A stretch of DNA of 63,704 nucleotides, the filler included, from Octopus bimaculoides (taxonomy: Eukaryota), in the NCBI RefSeq assembly GCF_001194135.2. It is 7 parts of 7 records of this genome, joined end to end, with 100 filler letters (N's around TTAATTAATTAA, not from the genome) between each part and the next. Parts side by side here need not be neighbours in the genome. Positions count along the whole stretch, not along the records: positions 19,963 to 33,478 come from NW_026373279.1; positions 33,579 to 48,792 come from NC_069010.1; 5 more parts are not named here. One strand, written 5' to 3'. Position 1 is the stretch's first letter; every line of letters starts with the position of its first letter. Both the position numbers and the translations under genes were made by a program. This document shows, piece by piece, positions 26,707 to 38,347 of the stretch. Below the pieces are notes generated by a model, which saw only the letters and a program-made list of their open reading frames with translations, was not told where the DNA came from and did not search any database.

Positions 26707-28414
26707 CATGTATATATGTAGGCTTCTTTCAGTTTCCATCTGCTGACTCTACTAAGAAAGCTTTGGTTGGAAGATGCTCCATTTTTTAAATAAACGTTCA
26801 CATCTGTCGTATCACTCCTGATGATTTTCATAAAGTGGGTAGTGTGACATCTGTCAATCACATCAATCGTGTTTGTCTTTACATGTTATTTTAATGCATG
26901 GCTACGTTGTTAAAAAGTTAGCTTCCAAACCATATGGTTTCGGGTTCAGTTCCACTGTATGGCACCTCACTCAAGTGTCTTCCACTCCTAGCCCCAGGCC
27001 AACCAAAGCCTCGTGGGTGGACGTGGTCGAGGGAAGCAAAAAGTACTCTCCCCACCCCCACCTCTTTCTCATTCTCTTTCACATACAAACACAAACTTTG
27101 ATGCAGTATGCTTTACCAGATGTATTTGACTCCTGATTAAAATTCTACCATATATTGAAGCAGACACGATTCCATCGATACATTTTGCTCGAAATTGACT
27201 GATGATGGTTGTACTTATGTAATAAGTTATGTAACCACTTGAAACACGTGTACTAAATGCATTTTAAATAGCAATAGTTGGTTTGTGATAATTTTCTAAT
27301 GCTCTTATTTCTTTATATCGCGCGCGCGCGCGCGCGCGTGTGTGTGTGTGGAAGATACCTTGTCTGGACATTGCATGGCTGTTGTAAACAAGTCTCCTCG
27401 TCACGCAAGCAGTATCGTTCGATTCTAATCTTCCATGGCAGTATGTTTGGCCATGGGGAAATATCACCTTGCTTAGGATCTGTTTGGCGGTTGGTAGCAG
27501 GAAAGGCATCCGACCATATAAAATCTGCCCCAACGAATTCTGTCTGGTTCATACAGACAGAAATGTCGACGCTAAAACAACTACTATGATGATGATGATG
27601 ATGATCACAATTGTAACATCAGTCATAATGACTTCGAAGCTCCAGTCATTATAACGCTTTCGTGCTTTTGTATATTTAGTCAATCACGTTTAGTCATCGT
27701 AGTATCAATCAAGTTAATGCTCACAACTGTATCATCATCAATAATAATAATAATAATAATAATATATAATTCAATACCATCATTAACATAACGTTTACTT
27801 CTGTGGTATCTCGCATGATAATGGTTAAGCCTGATAATGTTCACAGCTCTCATAATGTGTCGTGATAATGTTCGTCAACATACATTACGATGTTCACATT
27901 CGTAGTTCTTTCACGATAATGTTCACAGCTCTTGTATCTCTCACGATAATGTTCCTGGCCAGTATCATCATACGTGATAATGTTTGTCTGTAGCACCACT
28001 CGTGATGGTGTTGAACATTGTGGTAGCAATTATGATAGTGTTCACCTTAAGAATCTACCTTATATTTCTTTACCTTCATTTGTTTTAGTTTTTCTGTCCC
28101 TCCTCCACCCCCACTTTCCACCACGCCTTTTCTTCTTACTCCCATCTCTCCTGCCTCTTCCTCCTCCCCCTGTTGTTTTCTTTTGGTTTTTCTCTTCATC
28201 TTCTTCCGTGACAATAGATGGGTGGTTTGTCAAACATTTTTAGTTTCTTGTCTCCACAACCCATTTACCTACGTGTTCAAAGTTCAAAACCGCGGCAGTT
28301 TAGACCTAAAAAAAGAAAGTTTAGTTTTTTTACGTAATTTAAAATTTCATTCCACAGAATTTTTAAAGAATTTTTATTCCATCCACAAAAGTGGAGAAGA
28401 AAGGTTCTAGCATA

Positions 28415-28848
28415 CAGGGCTGTGGAGTCGGAATTGGCAAAACTATGCTGATTCCGACTGTCTTTATACTTTAATATAAACCAGTTATAAGCCGGCGAGC
28501 TGGCAGAATCGTTCGTTAGCACGCTGGACGAAATGCTTAGCAGTATTTCGTCTGTCTTTACGTTCTGAGGTCGACTTTGCCTTTCATCCTTTCGGGGTCG
28601 ATAAATTAAGTACCAGCTGCGTACTGGGTCGATCTCATCAACTGGATCCTTCCCCTAAAATTTCGGGCCTTGTGTCTAGAGTAGAAAAGAATATAAACCA
28701 GTTATAACCTATAGGCTTTTACTCAAAGTAAGCCTATAGGCTTTGAGATATGTGAACCACAGTCACTTGATTACATAAAGAGGAGTCGGAGTCGCCAGTA
28801 GAACAGGAGTCGGAGTCGAAGCTTTTTTGTTTCGACTCCACAGCCCTG
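28415..28848. mobile_element. hAT-type MITE with 16-bp TIR and 8-bp TSD
   Basis: TIR CAGGGCTGTGGAGTCG / CGACTCCACAGCCCTG; TSD CTAGCATA / CTGGCATA; subterminal GGAGTC repeats. Confidence 0.9.
28491..28689 (+). mobile_element. Family-A SINE nested in the hAT MITE, 18-bp TSD
   Basis: AATATAAACCAGTTATAA at 28473-28490 and 28690-28707. Confidence 0.93.
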
Positions 28849-28854
28849 CTGGCA

Positions 28855-29222
28855 TAATTATGTGGTTAAAAAGCTCGCTTTTCAACCAGATGGTTCCGGG
28901 TTCAGTTCTACTGTCCGGCAACTTAGACAAGTATCTTCTTTTATTGCTGCAGTTCGACCAATGCCATATGAGTGGATTTGGTCGGTGGAAACTGTGTGGA
29001 AGCCCGTCGTATGTGTATATATATGTGTGTTGTCTCCCTCCCCACCCTCTTTGACAACAAGTGTTTGTTTACGTTCCCGAAACTGAGCGGATCGACAAAG
29101 AAAGATCGATTGAAAGAATACTAGAGTTAAGAAAGAGAAGTACTGTGGTCTATTTATCTGACTGAAAAACCTTGCGGTGCCCCAGCATGGCCGCAGACCA
29201 ATGATTCAAACAAGTAAAAACA
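28855..29222 (+). mobile_element. Diverged family-B SINE
   Basis: ATGTGGTTAAAAAGCT head through CCAGCATGGCC...AACAAGTAAAA tail. Confidence 0.8.
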
Positions 29223-29463
29223 GACATAGAAGAAAGACAATGGTATCAATTACGTAATTCCAGATCGAAGAATCTTAAGCAACATTTACAGACTTCCCTT
29301 TCCAGCCTATTTATTGTAACCAATTTCTGCTAATCCTGCATCGTGGAAATTTTTCGTTTTCTCATCCATCCACCCATTCAGCCAGCCAGCCAGCATTCGG
29401 AATTGTCGAAGCATGGAATAAACCATCCACGTAAGTGGTAAGCTGTCAGAACACTACAATCCT

Positions 29464-29850
29464 AAGGCGGCGAGCTAGCAGAAACGTTAGCACGCCGGGC
29501 GAAATGCTTAGCGGTATTTCGTCTGCCGTGACGTTCTGAGTTCAAAATCCACCGAGGTCGACTTTGCCTTTCATCCTTTCTGGGTCGATAAATTAAGTAC
29601 CAGTTGCGTACTGGGGTCGATCTAATCGACTTAATCCCTTTGCCTGCCCTTGTTTGTCCCCTCTGCGTTTAGCCCCTTGTGGGCAATAAAGAAATAAGAG
29701 ACGTTAGCGGTATTTCGTCTGGCTTTACGTTCGGAGTTCAAAATACAGCCCCTTTCGGGGTCGATAAATTAAGCACCAGTTGCGTACTGGGGTCGATCTA
29801 ATCGAGTGCCCCCCCCTCCCCCAAAATTTCGGGCCTTGTGCCTAGAGTAG
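29464..29850 (+). mobile_element. Dimeric family-A SINE (two bodies, two different tails)
   Basis: Full copy ending AAAGAAATA, then a headless copy ending GTAGAAAAGA; flanking imperfect direct repeat AACACTACAATCCT / AACACTACCATCTT. Confidence 0.8.
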
Positions 29851-30370
29851 AAAAGAAACACTACCATCTTTCAGAAATTCCATGTTCTCCGAAATTCGCC
29901 ATCTCTCCTCTTGACATGTCAATGTACCTTTTCCTTTTTTTTTTAATAGTTTTTTTTTTACCGTTCACTTTTCTGTCTTGTACTTCTGGCTATCACTGCT
30001 GCTTCTATTCCGTCTTTCACCATTTTCTGACAGGTTATATCGCACCTGATCACTGTTTGATGCTAAATCTCTCGTAGTCCAAGAAAGACGGTTTTGCAAC
30101 CTGCACATATATATATGTGCTGTACTTGAGGTCTCTGCCTCCTTCCCTCAAATTCACCTTACCTGAACAGGTGCGCGGTGAAATACGTGTGAGGTGTCGA
30201 AGTGATCTTAGAGCAACGTGAGGCGAAGTGTTCTGCTCAAGGAGACAACGCGTAACCTAATCCATGAATTAGAATCATTGTCTCTCTCTCGATCATGAGA
30301 AGAGTGCAATGTCCTAACCACTAACTAGGCCATGCTGCGCCCTCACTGAGCACTGTATACAATAAGCTTA

Positions 30371-30406
<36 letters not shown>

Positions 30407-30464
30407 GTGTGTGCCTTTGTGTGTGTGTGTGTGTGTATATATATACATATATATATATATATAT

Positions 30465-30672
30465 CGTTTTTACTTGTTTCAGTCATTTGACTGCGGCCAT
30501 GCTGGAGTACTGGCTTTTAGTCGAACAAATCGACCCCAGGACTTATTCTTTGTAAGCCTAGTACTTATTCTATCGGCTTCTTTTGCCGAACTGCTAAGTC
30601 ACCGGGACGTAAACACACCAACATCGGTTGTCAAGCGATGGTGGAGGGACAGACAAACACACACACACACAC
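30465..30672 (-). mobile_element. Family-B SINE 3' half
   Basis: Near-identical to 42765-42975. Confidence 0.88.
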
Positions 30673-31349
30673 ATATGAATTTTGCAAGATTCCTGTTGTG
30701 AAGTCGCGTGTTGAAACAGATNNNNNNNNNNNNNNNNNNNNNNNNNNNNNNNNNNNNNNNNNNNNNNNNNNNNNNNNCGGGGACAAATAAATACAGAGAA
30801 CACAAAGGAATAAGCGGAGCACGCACGAAGATAGAAAGTGTCACTGAAGAGGTCACAGATGTGTGACGAAAGATTTCCAGACAATGGACATGAGTCAGAA
30901 TAAGAACAGTAATAAACGAGTGAAGAACGAATATACAGTGTGTGTTTATTTGGAAAAAAATAAAAATAAAATGACCGTCCCAAAATACAACAATATGTGT
31001 GTGTGTGTGTGTGTTCGTTACTGTCACTTTCCTTTCGTTTTATATATCCCCCCCCCCCGTTCTCCTCATAACTCGTCCTTTTTACCGTTCTGCCTAGGGA
31101 ACCTGTCTTGTTTTGTGTTTGTCTTATTCTGTCCTTCATATTTCACTCATTTATAGTCCAGCAGCATTTTCCTGCTGACGCCGCCAAACTGAACAATACT
31201 ATCAATAAAGTGTCAAAATTACGATGACTTTTGGTCGATAACTGATGAGGGATGTGCTGTCCACGCCCTTTGTGTGTGTTTTTTTTCCCCCGTTTTCCGT
31301 ATTTTCCCTTCGTCGTCCTTGTGTGCCACATTTTACAACAATGCAATAC

Positions 31350-31382
<33 letters not shown>

Positions 31383-31660
31383 GTGACACAAATTCCATGC
31401 TTCCTGAATTGTACCAACACTACTCTTGGCATGGCTATGCAACCTTATTCTTTATAACTTTGTTTTTTAATGTTCACTTTCCTCTATTTTTGTGTTTTAC
31501 TCTGTGTATTGTGTAATGCCCTTCTAGCCTTATTGCTGTCCTTTTTCAATTGATTTATACGTCGCTTTCTGTCGTCTCTTTTCACCATTTCACCGACGAG
31601 CTGTAGTGTACGAGAGCACTGTATAGTAAGCTCACTATTTTTATTATTACATACCTTATA

Positions 31661-31812
31661 AGACGGCGAGCTGGCAGAAACGTTAGCACGCCGGGCAAAA
31701 TGCTTAGCGGTATTTCGTCTGCCATTACGTTCTGAGTTCAAATTCCGCCGAGGTCGACTTTGCCTTTCATCCTTTCGGGGTCAATAAATTAAGTGCCAGT
31801 GAGACACTGGGA
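31661..31812 (+). mobile_element. Family-A SINE (young-looking head and body)
   Basis: GGCGAGCTGGCAGAAACGTTAGCACGCCGGG...GTTCAAATTCCGCCGAGGTCGAC. Confidence 0.9.
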
Positions 31813-32447
31813 CCAATGCAAATCAACTAGACCCCTAGTGATGTTTATAAATTTCTCAATAAATACATTAAAGAAAAGGTTGAGCTCGAGGTTAATACTT
31901 TTTATTGTTTCAGGTCCTTAATTTCTTCTCCTGAATGAACCCGATGTTAGCAGCATATCGCTGCAGCGTGTTGCAGTAAGCAACGAAGGGTCAAGGAATA
32001 TTGCTGAAACTAACAAAAATCGCCATCGCCTGATCGTATGCGTTTACATATATGTGTGTGTGTGTGTATATATATCTATACACACACACACTCGCGTTCT
32101 CTGTCATCTTGAACTTTTAAATTGTCTATAAATTCCCTGCCTTCCACTGTGACGTTTTCCTTCTCCTATTGTTTTTTCGTGTCCTTTTGTTATTTCAGTT
32201 CATTCAGAACACGTAACTCCCTTCTCTCTTTTTCTTCCTCTCAGTTCGGTGTGTTTAAGGGTTAAGGGTATGTTCAAGGGCGCGTCGCATTCACGGGGCA
32301 TGCGTGGGTAGGGTGTGTGGGTGAGGTTGGGAATAAACAAACTTTCTAGTTTAAAAAGAATCAGTACTTTTAGCTGAAACCCCCGTGTGTCTCTTTGTGT
32401 GTGTGTGTGCGTGTACACTTGTGTGTGGGTGTGTGTAATTATATAAT

Positions 32448-32478
<31 letters not shown>

Positions 32479-32945
32479 GGTCATAGTCTCAAGACGTACA
32501 CGCATTATTATACTCAACACACACATATACGGATTAGCACTTGACACAGTCAGTCACGCACCCACACAGCTTCGCGTTTACTCTCTCACTCGATCTTTTT
32601 ACTTATATATATATATATATAGAGTTATTAATATTTCTAAGTCTCTCTAAAGGAGACTACGGCAGCGGTACTGGAAATTAATAGTTATCGCCAAGCCAAC
32701 ATGGCAGTCCCAAAATTAGGACGAAAATATATATATATATGACGGGGTGGGGGCAATGGTCTTTGCTAAGCAGCGTCGATTTTTACAATTCTGGAAGTAA
32801 TAATAATAATAATAATATTCTATAAGCGACCACCGTGCAATGACTAAAGAAAACAGTCTAATATTGGGGCATATAAAAGACGAAAAAAAGTATATTTTTC
32901 CCATACACGTGAATCAATCAATCTGTCTGTCTGTTTCTGTCAGTA

Positions 32946-33330
32946 GGCGCAGGAGTGGCTGTGTAGTAGGAAGTTTGCTTTGCAACCACATGGTTCCAGG
33001 TTCAGTCCCACTGCGTGGCAACTTGGGCAAGTGTCTTCTACTATAGCATCAGACCAACCAAAGCCTTGTGAATGGAATCTAGGAGACGGAAACTGAAAGA
33101 AGCCCTTTATATACGTGTGTGTGTTTGTCCCCACAACACAGCTTGACAACCGGTGTTGGTGTGTTTACATCCCCATAACTTAGCGCTTCGGCAAAAGCGA
33201 CCGATAGAATTAAGTACCAGGCTTAAAAAATAAATACCTGGGTCGATTCATTCGACTGAAAATTCTTCAAGGTGATGCCCCAGCATGGCCGCTGTCTAAT
33301 AACTGAAACAAGTAAACGATGAAAGATAAA
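32946..33330 (+). mobile_element. Full-length family-B SINE (tRNA head, CORE-like segment, internal microsatellite, tail)
   Basis: GGAGTGGCTGTGTAGTAGG A-box, GGTTCAGTCCC B-box-like, AACTTGGGCAAGTG CORE-like motif. Confidence 0.88.
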
Positions 33331-33578
33331 AAAAAAAAACAAACAACGATTTATCTGTCTGTCTGTTTGTCTACACCCATCTGCATACCCTGTCTCTCTT
33401 CCCACATGTATAAAACGAAACATGTTGATACCGAAGTGTTAACATACTGACATCTTGTTCCAAGCCCCTCCATGTTCCNNNNNNNNNNNNNNNNNNNNNN
33501 NNNNNNNNNNNNNNNNNNNNNNTTAATTAATTAANNNNNNNNNNNNNNNNNNNNNNNNNNNNNNNNNNNNNNNNNNNN

Positions 33579-34066
33579 CACATTTCTCTTTGACATGTTC
33601 ACATTTCTCTTCGACACGTCCACATTTCTCTTCGACACGTTCATATTTCTCTTTGACATGTCCACATTTTTCTTTGACACATCCCCCGCTTCTCTTCAAC
33701 ACGTCCACATTTCTCTTCGACACGTCCACATTTCTCTTCGACACGTCCACATGTCTCTTTGACACGTCCACATCTCTCTTTGACATGTCCACATTTCTCT
33801 TTGACACGCTCACATTTCTCTTCAACACGTCCACATTTCTCTCCGACACGCCCACATGTCTCTTTGACACGTCCGCATTTCTCTTTGACATGTCCACATT
33901 TCTCTTTGACACGTTCACATTTCTCTTCGACACGTCCACATTTCTCTTCGACACGTCCACATTTCTCTTTGACATGTTCACATTTCTCTTTGACACATTA
34001 CCGCTTGTCTTTGACACGTTTACATTTCTCTTTGACACGTTCACATTTCTCTTTGACACTTGACAT
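33579..34066. repeat. 21-bp minisatellite (CACATTTCTCTTTGACACGTC)n, ~23 units
   Basis: Direct reading; the 7-codon periodicity of ORFs 33523-34059 and 33590-34063. Confidence 0.95.
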
Positions 34067-34917
34067 GTACACTGGGTACCTGTTCAGACAACATCGATTT
34101 GATGAAGAGAGTGAGATAATGTGTGGCATAAACAAATCATTCGTGCATAAACAAATCATTTGTGCAGGTCATTCAGCTAAAAGCTGAACACTTATATGTC
34201 ATCTTCGGCGGAAAAGGCCATCATCATCATCATCATCATATATATACATATATATACATATATATATANNNNNNNNNNNNNNNNNNNNNNNNNNNNNNNN
34301 NNNNNNNNNNNNNNNNNNNNNNNNNNNNNNNNNNNNNNNNNNNNNNNNNNNNNNNNNNNNNNNNNNNNNNNNNNNNNNNNNNNNNNNNNNNNNNNNNNNN
34401 NNNNNNNNNNNNNNNNNNNNNNNNNNNNNNNNNNNNNNNNNNNNNNNNNNNNNNNNNNNNNNNNNNNNNNNNNNNNNNNNNNNNNNNNNNNNNNNNNNNN
34501 NNNNNNNNNNNNNNNNNNNNNNNNNNNNNNNNNNNNNNNNNNNNNNNNNNNNNNNNNNNNNNNNNNAAAGGGATTAAGCCTCTTCCAATTTCCATCTTAC
34601 CAAATCCACTCACAAGGCTTTGGTCATCCCTAGGCTATATAGTAGAAGATACCTGCCCACAGTGCCACAGTGGGACTGAACCCGGATCCATACGGTCGGG
34701 AAGCAAGCTTCTTAACCACATAGCCATGCCTGCAACCTTTTTTTATTTTCTTGTTATTCTGATCTCTGAACAACATCCAATAGCCTGCTTACTCTTGGTT
34801 TTAACTGACATTTCCCGCAACTAATTAATATAATACCAGTTAAAACTCATCTTATAAAATGACATTTATAATATTCTACATCCTGGCTTTTGTTTCTTTC
34901 TTCTTGTTTCAAAGGTC

Positions 34918-34945
34918 ATCATGATTATTATTATTGTTATTGTTG

Positions 34946-34993
<48 letters not shown>

Positions 34994-35430
34994 GTGTTGT
35001 TGTTGTTGTTTTCGTTGTCCTTATGATTGATCCTTGCCCGCTGTCATCATAGTTGTCGTCATTGTCATCACTTTCGTTGCTGTCGTTTTCTTTGCCGTTG
35101 CTTTCCTCGTCATCGTTTCCCACCGTCGTCGCTGTTATGACCGTTGTTGTCATCGCTGTCGTTATTGTCTATATTGTTGTCGTTAGCATTATCGTCATCA
35201 ATGTCATTGTTGTCATCATCATCATCATCGTTATCGTCATTGTCGTCATCACCTTTGTCATTGGCATTGTTACCATCAACGTCATCATCATAATCATAAT
35301 CATCGTCGTCGTCGTCGTCATCTTCTTCATTGTCATTGCCATCATCAATATCATTATCGTCATCACTGTCTTCGCTTTCATTATTACCATTTGTCATCAT
35401 CATCATCATCTTTGTCATCAAAATCAGCAG
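34918..35430. repeat. Compound trinucleotide low-complexity tract (ATT/GTT/GTC/ATC)
   Basis: Direct reading; it explains the poly-I/V and poly-D/N ORFs. Confidence 0.95.
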
Positions 35431-35660
35431 TAGCATCTTCAGGAGAGGAAGAACTAAGCAACATACAGCCATTCATGCGCCTATATCCTCACATTGTTAT
35501 AACATTTGAATGATGCCACCCTGCTAACCAGGTGTTCAGGCCCATGGCATATGAGTGACTAGGATCACGACATTCCCCCCTTAAACAGCTCACCAGTTTG
35601 GCACAGGGCAACTCATTTCCAGCTGAGAGAAGTGGAGCAACAGCAGAAGAATTCGTTGCT

Positions 35661-35734
35661 GGGCAATTTAGTTTAATGGTAAAACACTTGACGCGTAATC
35701 ACAGAGATGTGAATTTGAGTCTCATGGCTGGCCA
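35661..35734 (+). pseudogene. tRNA-Thr(CGT)-like sequence, copy 1 (degenerate T-loop)
   Basis: D arm GTTT/AAAC with AATGGTA; anticodon loop CGCGTAA; T arm reads GTGAA-TTTGAGT-CTCAT; TTTTT at 35743-35747. Confidence 0.6.
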
Positions 35735-36039
35735 GTAGTGTATTTTTCTGCAATAAATGGATAATTCATCTTGTTCATGCTATTTATAGCATTATCACGC
35801 GTTTGAGAAATAAATTTATTTCTGTTTCTTACAATACATCTCAACGCTTCTAAAAAAGAACAAACTTTGTTTGTTTACTTTCATCGTTAGGTTGAATTTA
35901 ATGTTAGCGTCTTATGAAGCTAAATTTATAAGTTCTAAAATTGCAGAAGAATTTGTTGCTGGGCAGTTTAGTTTAATGGTAAAACACTTGACGCGTAATC
36001 ACNNNNNNNNNNTCTAAAATTGCAGAAGAATTTGTTGCT

Positions 36040-36113
36040 GGGCAGTTTAGTTTAATGGTAAAACACTTGACGCGTAATCACAGAGATGTGAGTTCGAGTT
36101 TCATGGCTGGCCA
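36040..36113 (+). tRNA. tRNA-Thr(CGT)-like gene or pseudogene, best copy
   Basis: Cloverleaf with A box TAGTTTAATGG, B box GTTCGAGT, T stem GTGAG/TTCAT and a T-run at the 3' end. The anticodon stem is imperfect and the acceptor has a G-G mismatch, so function is doubtful. Confidence 0.5.
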
Positions 36114-36420
36114 GTAGCGTATTTTACTGCAATAAATGGATAATTTATCCTGTTCACGCGTTTGAGAAGTAAATTTATTTCTGTATCTTACAATACATCT
36201 CAACGCTTCTAAAAAAGAACAAACGTTTGTTTGTTTACTTTCATCGTAAAGTTAAAGAAAATAAAATGTTTTGCTCCAGAACACAACACCCTGCCCAGTG
36301 TGGGAATTGAAACTGCAATCTTATAATCATGAATCCAACACCATTAGCATTGTCATGTCTTCACACATCCGTGTATGCACACACACGCGCACGCACACAC
36401 ACACACACACACACACACAT

Positions 36421-36657
36421 AGGCGGTGAGCTGGCAGAAACGTTAGCACGCCGGACGAAATGCTTAGCGGTATTTCGTCTGCCGCTACGTTCTGAGTTCA
36501 AATTCCGCCGAGGTCGACTTTGCCTTTCATCCTTTCGGGGACAATCGATTAAATAAGTACCAGTTACGCACTGGGGTCGGTGTAATCGACATAATCTGTT
36601 TGTCTGTCCTTGTTTGTCCCCCTCTGTGTGTAGCCTCTTGTTGGTAGTAAAGAAATA
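36421..36657 (+). mobile_element. Family-A SINE inserted in a (CA)n tract
   Basis: Complete head and body with the AAAGAAATA tail. Confidence 0.9.
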
Positions 36658-37469
36658 ACACACACACACACACAAACACACACTACCTGAACAATGTGGA
36701 CTGAGATCCTGTTGACAGGCCTTCGGTATTTAATCTCAGCCGCTTAGGTTAAGTCTCTTAATTTAAACAATCGAGGCTGCGATGTTGCTTTGATATACAT
36801 AGAGGTCAGCACATCAATATAATTTAGAGCAGACGTGGCATTCAAATCCTGCAAGGTAATCTTACAGCTGTCTTGTGAGTATGTGTACAGAGAGAGAGAG
36901 AGAGAAAGAAATATGGAGGTAGAGAGAGAGAGAAAAATAAGACAAAATACCGAGAGTTTGTTTATATAATGTTTAGTTGCATCACTTTATGCATGTTTCA
37001 TTATCATTGAATATCAGTTATGTAAACAAAATCTTATCCGATTACATTGTCAGATATTCAGAAATTGCGTAACACTCATTGGTGATTTTTAATATTCCAT
37101 ACAATGGTTATACAATGTTATCATATCCATTACTACAGTAACAGTGTAGTAACCGATGCACTCCTTCAAAGTGCATACATACATACATATATAAATATAC
37201 ATGTGTGTGTGTGTGTGTGTATCTTCTTTTTACTTGTTTCAATCATTGGACGGCAGCCATGCTTTGAAGGATTTTGCCAAACAAATTGACCACGGTACTT
37301 GTTTTATTTGTTACCTTTGTAAGTGAATTAAGTGCCTAAATAGCAAAGCACCAGGTTTGGGTGAATGAACCAATTTCCATCTGTTGTTGTGTGTGTGTGT
37401 TTGTGTGTATATATATATATGTGTGTGTGTGTGACAATCAACTAATTGTCACATATTATATATATAGTA

Positions 37470-37745
37470 CAGGTGCCACTGAAAAAGCATCCAGTCTACA
37501 CTGTAAAGTGGTTGGCATTTGGAAGGGCATCCAGCTATAAAAACCTTGCTAAAATTGACTTCGTCTGTGCTTGTGGCACGTAAAAAGCACCCAGTCCACT
37601 CTGCTGGGGATGGTTGGTGTTAGGAATGGCATCCAGCTGTAAAAATCCTGCCAAAACAGACTCAGAGAAAAGTCTGGTGCAGGCTTCTGTTTGGCCGGCT
37701 CCTTGTCAAACCATCCCACCCATGCCAGCATGGAATGCAGATGTA
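37470..37745 (+). mobile_element. Two stacked family-C fragments
   Basis: GGAAGGGCATCCAGCT motif occurs twice; CCATGCCAGCATGG end. Confidence 0.75.
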
Positions 37746-38347
37746 AGGATTTCGTCCTTGCAATGTAAGGCTTTCAAACCAAACAGGGAAGGAAGGAAGA
37801 AGAAGAAAAAAAGAGAGAAATCAGAAATTACTCGTTTTACCCGGCTTACTAATTTTGCCACCTCACCACCACCCACCACCCAGTATAATGTTCAAAGTCT
37901 GACAATTGCAATACGGTCCCATATTAATTAGTTTTTTTTTTGTTTTTTTTTCTATCTTTCTTCAGTTGAGGAAGCATTTACTAGTTGTTTAACCTAGATC
38001 AAGCTAATCCAGCAGAGTTTACAATCATACACATTATCACCATTTCTAGCCTATTCCAATTGTGGCGTTGAGTTATCTAGGACTTCATAACCTACTGGCG
38101 TATATCTAGAGCTGTGGGCGTGATTTGAGGAAAGCGTTACTACTCCTTCAGTTGTTGTAACACATACTTAATGACTCATTTGTTGAGTTTGTAAGTATTA
38201 CTTATGTCCAGATGTTTGTTCAGTCCACTCCTGTTCCTAGTTTTCTCATTCAGCTCTCAATACCCTCAGCTAAGAAAACATTTGTGAATTCTTCAGTGTT
38301 CCACCCATCTACTCCACAAAGGTGGCCATTGTATGATGTATGCTTAA

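Noticed and set aside
31914-31975. Exon-like segment with AG and GTAAGC
   Set aside because: All three through-frames contain stops; only a short ATG-initiated frame remains, and it has no phase-compatible partner.
33579-34066. CRISPR-like array
   Set aside because: Contiguous 21-bp units with no unique spacers in a eukaryotic context: a minisatellite.
35110-35472. Asp/Asn-rich ORF and the opposite-strand Ile/Val 'transmembrane' ORF
   Set aside because: Products of a trinucleotide low-complexity tract; no splice or homology support.
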